This document shows, piece after piece, positions 1 through 11,900 of a stretch of 64,000 nucleotides of DNA. The position numbers and the translations under genes are program-made. The notes beneath the pieces are model-generated. The model had not been told where the DNA came from. It worked only from the letters and a program-made list of their open reading frames with translations, and ran no database searches. Numbering within the stretch: position 1 is the stretch's first letter; the number at the start of each line of letters is the position of its first letter. Source of the stretch: the human T2T-CHM13v2.0 reference genome, Homo sapiens; NCBI RefSeq assembly GCF_009914755.1, contig NC_060946.1; one strand, 5' to 3'.

Positions 1-3000
1 ACAGGGGACATTGTGACATATCTCTGCACTGATCTCCCAGGTGCTGTAACTTTATTCTAGGCTCTGGCTACACGGCATTGTGACATATCACTGCACTGAT
101 CAACCAGGTGATATAACTCTTGTATAGGCTCTGCCTACAGGGGGATTGTGACCTACCTCTGCACTGATCACCCAGGTGATATAACTGTTCTCTAGCACCT
201 TCCTACAGGGTACTTTGTGACATATCCCTGCATTGATCACCCAGGTGATCTATATCTGGTCTTAGCTCTGCCTAAAGGGGCATTGTGACAGATCTCTGCA
301 CTGATCACTCAGGTGATGTAAGTATTGTCTAGGCTCTGCTTCAAGGGGCCTTGTCACATATCCCTGCACTGATCACCCAGGTGATGTAACTCTTGTCTAG
401 GCTCTGCTTCCAGGGCATATTGTGACATATCTATGCACTGATCACCTTAGTGATGTAACACTTTGGTAGGCTCGTCCACAGGGGAATCTTGACATATCTC
501 TGCACTGTTAACCGAGGTGATTTAACTCTTGTCTAGGCTGTGCCCACAGGGGGATTGAGACATATCTCTGCACTGATCCCGAGGTGATACAACTCTTGCC
601 TGGTCTCTGCCTACTGTGGACATTGTGACATATCTCTGCACTGATCTCCCAGGTGCTGTAACTTTAGTCTAGGCTCTGGCTACACGGCATTGTGACATAT
701 CACTGCACTGATCACCCAGGCGATATAACTCTTCTCTAGGATCTGACCACAGGGTGCTTTGTGACATATCCCTGCAATGATCACCCAGGTGATATACCAC
801 TTGCCAAGGCTCTGCCTACAGGGGCATTGCAATGTATCTCTGCACTGATCACCTAGGTCTTGTAGCTATTTTCTAGGATCTGCCTACAGGGTGCTTTGTG
901 ACGTGTCCCAGCAAGGATAACCCAGGTGATGTACCTCTCATCAAGGCTCTGCCTACAGGCACATTGTGATGTATCTCTGCACTGATCACCTAGGTCATGT
1001 AACTTTTGTCTAGGCTCTACCTACGATGGCATTGTGACATATCTCTGCACTAATCATCCAAGTGATGTAACTCTTGTCTAGGATGTGCCTAAATTAACTT
1101 TTTGACATAACCCTGTACTGATCATCCAGGTGATGGAGCTTTTGTCTAGGCTCTGCCTAAGGGGGCATTGTGACATATTTCTGCATTGATCACCCAGGTG
1201 GCGAACTCTTCTCTCGGATCTGCCTATGGGGGCATTGTGAGAAATCTCTGCACTGATCACCCAGGTGATGTAACTGTTGTGTAACCTCTGCCTACAGGGG
1301 AATTGTGAGAGATCTCGTCACTGATTACCCAAGTGATATAACCGTTGTCTAGGCTTTGCATACAGGGGGCTTTGTGACATACCTTTGCACTGATCACTCA
1401 GGTGATGTAACACATCTAAGTTCGGCCTAAAGGAGCTTTGTGACATACCTCTGCACTGATCACTTAGGTGATGTAACACTTTTATAATCACTGCCTACAG
1501 GGAATTTTGACAAATCTCTGCACTGATCACCTAGGTGATGTAACTCTTGTCTACCCTCTGTCCAACGGGGCATTGTGAAATATCTCTGCACTGATCACCC
1601 AGGTGATTCAACTCTTGACTAGGAACTGCCTACAGAGTTTATTGTGAAATATCTCTGCACTGATAAACAAGGTGGTGTAACCCTTGTCCAAGCTCTGCCT
1701 ACAGGGGCGTTTCCACATATCCCTGAACTGATGACAGAGGTGATGTAACTCTTGCCTAGGCTTTGCCTACAGGGAACATTGGACATATATCTGCACTGAT
1801 CACCCAGGTGATGCAACTCTTGCCTAGGCTTTGCCTACAGGGGACATTGTGACATATCTCTTCAATGATCACTCATGTGATGCATCTCTTGCCTAGGCTT
1901 TGCCTACAGGGGACATTGTGACATATCTCTGCACTGATCTCCCAGGTGCTGTAACTTTAGTCTAGGCTCTGGCTACACGGCATTGTGACATATCACTGCA
2001 CTGATCAACCAGGTGATATAACTCTTGTATAGGCTCTGCCTACAGGGGGATTGTGACCTACCTCTGCACTGATCACCCAGGTGATATAACTCTTCTCTAG
2101 CACCTTCCTACAGGGTACTTTGTGACATATCCCTGCATTGATCACCCAGGTGATCTATCTCTGGTCTAAGCTCTGCCTAAAGGGGCATTGTGACAGATCC
2201 CTGCACTGATCACTCAGGTGATGTAAGTATTGTCTAGGCTCTGCTTCAAGGGGCCTTGTCACATATCTCTGCACTGATCACCCAGGTGATGTAACTCTTG
2301 TCTAGGCTCTGCTTCCAGGGCATATTGTGACATATCTATGCACTGATCACCTTAGTGATGTAACACTTTGGTAGGCTCGTCCACAGGGGAATCTTGACAT
2401 ATCTCTGCACTGTTAACCGAGGTGATTTAACTCTTGTCTAGGCTGTGCCCACAGGGGGATTGAGACATATCTCTGCACTGATCCCGAGGTGATACAACTC
2501 TTGCCTGGTCTCTGCCTACTGTGGACATTGTGACATATCTCTGCACTGATCTCCCAGGTGCTGTAACTTTAGTCTAGGCTCTGGCTACACGGCATTGTGA
2601 CATATCACTGCACTGATCACCCAGGCGATATAACTCTTCTCTAGGATCTGACCACAGGGTGCTTTGTGACATATCCCTGCAATGATCACCCAGGTGATAT
2701 ACCACTTGCCAAGGCTCTGCCTACAGGGGCATTGCAATGTATCTCTGCACTGATCACCTAGGTCTTGTAGATATTTTCTAGGATCTGCCTACAGGGTGCT
2801 TTGTGACGTGTCCCAGCAAGGATTACCCAGGTGATCTACCTCTCATCAAGGCTCTGCCTACAGGCACATTGTGATGTATCTCTGCACTGATCAGCTAGGT
2901 CATGTAACTTTTGTCTAGGCTCTACCTACGATGGCATTGTGACATATCTCTGCACTAATCATCCAAGTGATGTAACTCTTGTCTAGGATGTGCCTAAATT

Positions 3001-5900
3001 AACTTTTTGACATAACCCTGTACTGATCATCCAGGTGATGGAGCTTTTGTCTAGGCTCTGCCTAAGGGGGCATTGTGACATATTTCTGCATTGATCACCC
3101 AGGTGGCGAACTCTTCTCTCGGATCTGCCTATGGGGGCATTGTGAGAAATCTCTGCACTGATCACCCAGTTGATGTAACTGTTGTGTTAACTCTGCCTAC
3201 AGGGGAATTGTGAGAGATCTCGCCACTGATTACCCAAGTGATGTAACCGTTGTCTAGGCTTTGCGTACAGGGGGCTTTGTGACAAACCTTTGCACTGATC
3301 ACCCAGCTGATGTAACACATCTAAGTTCGGCCTAAAGGAGCTTTGTGACATATCTCTGCACTGATCGCTTAGGTGATGTAACACTTTTATAATCACTGCC
3401 TACAGGGAATTTTGACAAATCTCTGCACTGATCACCTAGGTGATGTAACTCTTGTCTACCCTCTGTCCAACGGGGCATTGTGAAATATCTCTGCACTGAT
3501 CACCCAGGTGATTCAACTCTTGACTAGGAACTGCCTACAGAGGTTATTGTGAAATATCTCTGCACTGATAAACTAGGTGGTGTAACCCTTGTCCAAGCTC
3601 TGCCTACAGGGGCGTTTCCACATATCCCTGAACTGATGACAGAGGTGATGTAACTCTTGCCTAGGCTTTGCCTACAGGGAACATTGGACATATATCTGCA
3701 CTGATCACCCAGGTGATGCAACTCTTGCCTAGGCTTTGCCTACAGGGGACATTGTGACATATCTCTTCAATGATCACTCATGTGATGCATCTCTTGCCTA
3801 GGCTTTGCCTACAGGGGACATTGTGACATATCTCTGCACTGATCTCCCAGGTGCTGTAACTTTATTCTAGGCTCTGGCTACACGGCATTGTGACATATCA
3901 CTGCACTGATCAACCAGGTGATATAACTCTTGTATAGGCTCTGCCTACAGGGGGATTGTGACCTACCTCTGCACTGATCACCCAGGTGATATAACTGTTC
4001 TCTAGCACCTTCCTACAGGGTACTTTGTGACATATCCCTGCATTGATCACCCAGGTGATCTATATCTGGTCTTAGCTCTGCCTAAAGGGGCATTGTGACA
4101 GATCTCTGCACTGATCACTCAGGTGATGTAAGTATTGTCTAGGCTCTGCTTCAAGGGGCCTTGTCACATATCCCTGCACTGATCACCCAGGTGATGTAAC
4201 TCTTGTCTAGGCTCTGCTTCCAGGGCATATTGTGACATATCTATGCACTGATCACCTTAGTGATGTAACACTTTGGTAGGCTCGTCCACAGGGGAATCTT
4301 GACATATCTCTGCACTGTTAACCGAGGTGATTTAACTCTTGTCTAGGCTGTGCCCACAGGGGGATTGAGACATATCTCTGCACTGATCCCGAGGTGATAC
4401 AACTCTTGCCTGGTCTCTGCCTACTGTGGACATTGTGACATATCTCTGCACTGATCTCCCAGGTGCTGTAACTTTAGTCTAGGCTCTGGCTACACGGCAT
4501 TGTGACATATCACTGCACTGATCACCCAGGCGATATAACTCTTCTCTAGGATCTGACCACAGGGTGCTTTGTGACATATCCCTGCAATGATCACCCAGGT
4601 GATATACCACTTGCCAAGGCTCTGCCTACAGGGGCATTGCAATGTATCTCTGCACTGATCACCTAGGTCTTGTAGCTATTTTCTAGGATCTGCCTACAGG
4701 GTGCTTTGTGACGTGTCCCAGCAAGGATAACCCAGGTGATGTACCTCTCATCAAGGCTCTGCCTACAGGCACATTGTGATGTATCTCTGCACTGATCACC
4801 TAGGTCATGTAACTTTTGTCTAGGCTCTACCTACGATGGCATTGTGACATATCTCTGCACTAATCATCCAAGTGATGTAACTCTTGTCTAGGATGTGCCT
4901 AAATTAACTTTTTGACATAACCCTGTACTGATCATCCAGGTGATGGAGCTTTTGTCTAGGCTCTGCCTAAGGGGGCATTGTGACATATTTCTGCATTGAT
5001 CACCCAGGTGGCGAACTCTTCTCTCGGATCTGCCTATGGGGGCATTGTGAGAAATCTCTGCACTGATCACCCAGGTGATGTAACTGTTGTGTAACCTCTG
5101 CCTACAGGGGAATTGTGAGAGATCTCGTCACTGATTACCCAAGTGATATAACCGTTGTCTAGGCTTTGCATACAGGGGGCTTTGTGACATACCTTTGCAC
5201 TGATCACTCAGGTGATGTAACACATCTAAGTTCGGCCTAAAGGAGCTTTGTGACATACCTCTGCACTGATCACTTAGGTGATGTAACACTTTTATAATCA
5301 CTGCCTACAGGGAATTTTGACAAATCTCTGCACTGATCACCTAGGTGATGTAACTCTTGTCTACCCTCTGTCCAACGGGGCATTGTGAAATATCTCTGCA
5401 CTGATCACCCAGGTGATTCAACTCTTGACTAGGAACTGCCTACAGAGTTTATTGTGAAATATCTCTGCACTGATAAACAAGGTGGTGTAACCCTTGTCCA
5501 AGCTCTGCCTACAGGGGCGTTTCCACATATCCCTGAACTGATGACAGAGGTGATGTAACTCTTGCCTAGGCTTTGCCTACAGGGAACATTGGACATATAT
5601 CTGCACTGATCACCCAGGTGATGCAACTCTTGCCTAGGCTTTGCCTACAGGGGACATTGTGACATATCTCTTCAATGATCACTCATGTGATGCATCTCTT
5701 GCCTAGGCTTTGCCTACAGGGGACATTGTGACATATCTCTGCACTGATCTCCCAGGTGCTGTAACTTTAGTCTAGGCTCTGGCTACACGGCATTGTGACA
5801 TATCACTGCACTGATCAACCAGGTGATATAACTCTTGTATAGGCTCTGCCTACAGGGGGATTGTGACCTACCTCTGCACTGATCACCCAGGTGATATAAC
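1..5900. repeat. Two-HOR super-period, 3810 bp (unit 1 matches unit 3)
   Basis: Private variants TTTATTCTAG, TATATCTGGTCTTAG, GATAACCC, CAGAGTTT and GATAAACAAGG occur in 31-1935 and 3841-5745 but not in 1936-3840. The ORF variant TPPCLSVQRYFTINS occurs only at 1619 and 5429. The right boundary is approximate. Confidence 0.8.
31..1935. repeat. One complete 28-monomer HOR unit (M1-M28, 1905 bp; 1906 bp in most later copies)
   Basis: 28 monomer starts counted: 31, 98, 166, 235, 303, 371, 440, 507, 575, 643, 710, 779, 847, 916, 984, 1052, 1120, 1188, 1255, 1323, 1392, 1458, 1525, 1593, 1662, 1730, 1798, 1867. The next M1 is at 1936. The landmark ORF end in M16 recurs at 1078, 2983, 4888, 6794, 8700... 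with 1905/1906 spacing. Confidence 0.95.
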
Positions 5901-8900
5901 TCTTCTCTAGCACCTTCCTACAGGGTACTTTGTGACATATCTCTGCATTGATCACCCAGGTGATCTATCTCTGGTCTAAGCTCTGCCTAAAGGGGCATTG
6001 TGACAGATCTCTGCACTGATCACTCAGGTGATGGAAGTATTGTCTAGGCTCTGCTTCAAGGGGCCTTGTCACATATCCCTGCACTGATCACCCAGGTGAT
6101 GTAACTCTTGTCTAGGCTCTGCTTCCAGGGCATATTGTGACATATCTATGCACTGATCACCTTAGTGATGTAACACTTTGGTAGGCTCGGCCTACAGGGG
6201 AATCTTGACATATCTCTGCACTGTTAACCGAGGTGATTTAACTCTTGTCTAGGCTGTGCCCACAGGGGGATTGAGACATATCTCTGCACTGATCCCGAGG
6301 TGATACAACTCTTGCCTGGTGTCTGCCTACTGTGGACATTGTGACATATCTCTGCACTGATCTCCCAGGTGCTGTAACTTTAGTCAAGGCTCTGGCTACA
6401 CGGCATTGTGACATATCACTGCACTGATCACCCAGGCGGTATAACTCTTCTCTAGGATCTGACCACATTGTGCTTTGTGTCATATCCCTGCAATGATCAC
6501 CCAGGTGATATACCACTTGCCAAGGCTCTGCCTACAGGGGCATTGCAATGTATCTCTGCACTGATCACCTAGGTCTTGTAGCTATTTTCTAGGATCTGCC
6601 TACATGGTGCTTTGTGACGTGTCCCAGCAAGGATTACCCAGGTGATGTACCTCTCATCAAGGCTCTGCCTACAGGCACATTGTGATGTATCTCTGCACTG
6701 ATCACCTAGGTCATGTAAATTTTGTCTAGGCTCTACCTACGATGGCATTGTGACATATCTCTGCACTAATCATCCAAGTGATGTAACTCTTGTCTAGGAT
6801 GTGCCTAAATTAACTTTTTGACATAACCCTGTACTGATCATCCAGGTGATGGAGCTTTTGTCTAGGCTCTGCCTAAGGGGGCATTGTGACATATTTCTGC
6901 ATTGATCACCCAGGTGGCGAACTCTTCTCTCGGATCTGCCTATGGGGGCATTGTGAGAAATCTCTGCACTGATCACCCAGGTGATGTAACTGTTGTGTAA
7001 CCTCTGCCTACAGGGGAATTGTGAGAGATCTCGTCACTGATTACCCAAGTGATGTAACCGTTGTCTAGGCTTTGCATACAGGGGGCTTTGTGACATACCT
7101 TTGCACTGATCACTCAGCTGATGTAACACATCTAAGTTCGGCCTAAAGGAGCTTTGTGACATACCTCTGCACTGATCACTTAGGTGATGTAACACTTTTA
7201 TAATCACTGCCTACAGGGAATTTTGACAAATCTCTGCACTGATCACCTAGGTGATGTAACTCTTGTCTACCCTCTGTCCAACTTGACATTGTGAAATATC
7301 TCTGCACTGATCACCCAGGTGATTCAACTCTTGACTAGGAACTGCCGACAGAGGTTATTGTGAAATATCTCTGCACTGATAAACTAGGTGGTGTAACCCT
7401 TGTCCAAGCTCTGCCTACAGGGACGTTTCCACATATCCCTGAACTGATGACAGAGGTGATGTAACTCTTGCCTAGGCTTTGCCTACAGGGAACATTGGAC
7501 ATATATCTGCACTGATCACCCAGGTGATGCAACTCTTGCCTAGGCTTTGCCTACAGGGGACATTGTGACATATCTCTTCAATGATCACTCATGTGATGCA
7601 TCTCTTGCCTAGGCTTTGCCTACAGGGGACATTGTGACATATCTCTGCACTGATCTCCCAGGTGCTGTAACTTTAGTCTAGGCTCTGGCTACACGGCATT
7701 GTGACATATCACTGCACTGATCAACCAGGTGATATAACTCTTGTATAGGCTCTGCCTACAGGGGGATTGTGACCTACCTCTGCACTGATCACCCAGGGGA
7801 TATAACTCTTCTCTAGCACCTTCCTACAGGGTACTTTGTGACATATCCCTGCATTGATCACCCAGGTGATCTATCTCTGGTCTAAGCTCTGCCTAAAGGG
7901 GCATTGTGACAGATCTCTGCACTGATCACTCAGGTGATGTAAGTATTGTCTAGGCTCTGCTTCAAGGGGCCTTGTCACATATCCCTGCACTGATCACCCA
8001 GGTGATGTAACTCTTGTCTAGGCTCTGCTTCCAGGGCATATTGTGACATATCTATGCACTGATCACCTTAGTGATGTAACACTTTGGTAGGCTCGGCCTA
8101 CAGGGGAATCTTGACATATCTCTGCACTGTTAACCGAGGTGATTTAACTCTTGTCTAGGCTGTGCCCACAGGGGGATTGAGACATATCTCTGCACTGATC
8201 CCGAGGTGATACAACTCTTGCCTGGTCTCTGCCTACTGTGGACATTGTGACATATCTCTGCACTGATCTCCCAGGTGCTGTAACTTTAGTCTAGGCTCTG
8301 GCTACACGGCATTGTGACATATCACTGCACTGATCACCCAGGCGATATAACTCTTCTCTAGGATCTGACCACAGGGTGCTTTGTGACATATCCCTGCAAT
8401 GATCACCCAGGTGATATACCACTTGCCAAGGCTCTGCCTACAGGGGCATTGCAATGTATCTCTGCACTGATCACCTAGGTCTTGTAGCTATTTTCTAGGA
8501 TCTGCCTACAGGGTGCTTTGTGACGTGTCCCAGCAAGGATTACCCAGGTGATGTACCTCTCATCAAGGCTCTGCCTACAGGCACATTGTGATGTATCTCT
8601 GCACTGATCACCTAGGTCATGTAAATTTTGTCTAGGCTCTACCTACGTTGGCATTGTGACATATCTCTGCACTAATCATCCAAGTGATGTAACTCTTGTC
8701 TAGGATGTGCCTAAATTAACTTTTTGACATAACCCTGTACTGATCATCCAGGTGATGGAGCTTTTGTCTAGGCTCTGCCTAAGGGGGCATTGTGACATAT
8801 TTCTGCATTGATCACCCAGGTGGCGAACTCTTCTCTCGGATCTGCCTATGGGGGCATTGTGAGAAATCTCTGCACTGATCACCCAGGTGATGTAACTGTT

Positions 8901-11900
8901 GTGTAAACTCTGCCTACAGGGGAATTGTGAGAGATCTCGACACTGATTACCCAAGTGATGTAACCGTTGTCTAGGCTTTCATACAGGGGGCTTTGTGACA
9001 TACCTTTGCACTGATCACCCAGGTGATGTAACACATCTAAGTTCGGCCTAAAGGAGCTTTGTGACATATCTCTGCACTGATCGCTTAGGTGATGTAACAC
9101 TTTTATAATCACTGCCTACAGGGAATTTTGACAAACCTCTGCACTGATCACCTAGGTGATGTAACTCTTGTCTACCCTCTGTCCAACGGGGCATTGTGAA
9201 ATATCTCTGCACTGATCACCCAGGTGATTCAACTCTTGACTAGGAACTGCCTACAGAGGTTATTGTGAAATATCTCTGCACTGATAAACTAGGTGGTGTA
9301 ACCCTTGTCCAAGCTCTGCCTACAGGGGCGTTTCCACATATCCCTGAACTGATGACAGAGGTGATGTAACTCTTGCCTAGGCTTTGCCTACAGGGAACAT
9401 TGGACATATATCTGCACTGATCACCCAGGTGATGCAACTCTTGCCTAGGCTTTGCCTACAGGGGACATTGTGACATATCTCTTCAATGATCACTCATGTG
9501 ATGCATCTCTTCCCTAGGCTTTGCCTACAGGGGACATTGTGACATATCTCTGCACTGATCTCCCAGGTGCTGTAACTTTAGTCTAGGCTCTGGCTACACG
9601 GCATTGTGACATATCACTGCACTGATCAACCAGGTGATATAACTCTTGTATAGGCTCTGCCTACAGGGGGATTGTGACCTACCTCTGCACTGATCACCCA
9701 GGTGATATAACTCTTCTCTAGGATCTTCCTACAGGGTACTTTGTGACATATCCCTGCACTGATCACCCAGGTGATCTATCTCTGGTCTAAGCTCTGCCTA
9801 AAGGGGCATTGTGACAGATCTCTGCACTGATCACTCAGGTGATGTAAGTATTGTCTAGGCTCTGCTTCAAGGGGCCTTGTCACATATCCCTGCACTGATC
9901 ACCCAGGTGATGTAACTCTTGTCTAGGCTCTGCTTCCAGGGCATATTGTGACATATCTATGCACTGATCACCTTAGTGATGTAACACTTTGGTAGGCTCG
10001 GCCTACAGGGGAATCTTGACATATCTCTGCACTGTTAACCGAGGTGATTTAACTCTTGTCTAGGCTGTGCCCACAGGGGGATTGAGACATATCTCTGCAC
10101 TGATCCCGAGGTGATACAACTCTTGCCTGGTGTCTGCCTACTGTGGACATTGTGACATATCTCTGCACTGATCTCCCAGGTGCTGTAACTTTAGTCAAGG
10201 CTCTGGCTACACGGCATTGTGACATATCACTGCACTGATCACCCAGGCGGTATAACTCTTCTCTAGGATCTGACCACATTGTGCTTTGTGACATATCCCT
10301 GCAATGATCACCCAGGTGATATACCACTTGCCAAGGCTCTGCCTACAGGGGCATTGCAATGTATCTCTGCACTGATCACCTATGTCTTGTAGCTATTTTC
10401 TAGGATCTGCCTACATGGTGCTTTGTGACGTGTCCCAGCAAGGATTACCCAGGTGATGTACCTCTCATCAAGGCTCTGCCTACAGGCACATTGTGATGTA
10501 TCTCTGCACTGATCACCTAGGTCATGTAAATTTTGTCTAGGCTCTACCTACGATGGCATTGTGACATATCTCTGCACTAATCATCCAAGTGATGTAACCC
10601 TTGTCTAGGATGTGCCTAAATTAACTTTTTGACATAACCCTGTACTGATCATCCAGGTGATGGAGCTTTTGTCTAGGCTCTGCCTAAGGGGGCATTGTGA
10701 CATATTTCTGCATTGATCACCCAGGTGGCGAACTCTTCTCTCGGATCTGCCTATGGGGGCATTGTGAGAAATCTCTGCACTGATCACCCAGGTGATGTAA
10801 CTGTTGTGTAACCTCTGCCTACAGGGGAATTGTGAGAGATCTCGTCACTGATTACCCAAGTGATGTAACCGTTGTCTAGGCTTTGCATACAGGGGGCTTT
10901 GTGACATACCTTTGCACTGATCACTCAGGTGATGTAACACATCTAAGTTCGTCCTAAAGGAGCTTTGTGACATACCTCTGCAATGATCACTTAGGTGATG
11001 TAACACTTTTATAATCACTGCCTACAGGGAATTTTGACAAATCTCTGCACTGATCACCTAGGTGATGTAACTCTTGTCTACCCTCTGTCCAACTTGACAT
11101 TGTGAAATATCTCTGCACTGATCACCCAGGTGATTCAACTCTTGACTAGGAACTGCCGACAGAGGTTATTGTGAAATATCTCTGCACTGATAAACTAGGT
11201 GGTGAAACCATTGTCCAAGCTCTGCCTACAGGGGCGTTTCCACATATCCCTGAACTGATGACAGAGGTGATGTAACTCTTGCCTAGGCTTTGCCTACAGG
11301 GAACATTGGACATATATCTGCACTGATCACCCAGGTGATGCAACTCTTGCCTAGGCTTTGCCTACAGGGGACATTGTGACATATCTCTTCAATGATCACT
11401 CATGTGATGCATCTCTTGCCTAGGCTTTGCCTACAGGGGACATTGTGACATATCTCTGCACTGATCTCCCAGGTGCTGTAACTTTAGTCTAGGCTCTGGC
11501 TACACGGCATTGTGACATATCACTGCACTGATCAACCAGGTGATATAACTCTTGTATAGGCTCTGCCTACAGGGGGATTGTGACCTACCTCTGCACTGAT
11601 CACCCAGGGGATATAACTCTTCTCTAGCACCTTCCTACAGGGTACTTTGTGACATATCCCTGCATTGATCACCCAGGTGATCTATCTCTGGTCTAAGCTC
11701 TGCCTAAAGGGGCATTGTGACAGATCTCTGCACTGATCACTCAGGTGATGTAAGTATTGTCTAGGCTCTGCTTCAAGGGGCCTTGTCACATATCCCTGCA
11801 CTGATCACCCAGGTGATGTAACTCTTGTCTAGGCTCTGCTTCCAGGGCATATTGTGACATATCTATGCACTGATCACCTTAGTGATGTAACACTTTGGTA

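Noticed and set aside
100-230. G-runs (CAGGGG/GGGGG) as G-quadruplex motifs
   Set aside because: There is only one run of three or more G per 68 bp, so the loops are far too long for a canonical G4.
1526-1539. ATCACCTAGGTGAT resembling the palindromic Brachyury T-site
   Set aside because: The T-site half is TCACACCT. This sequence lacks the internal AC, so the match is only partial.
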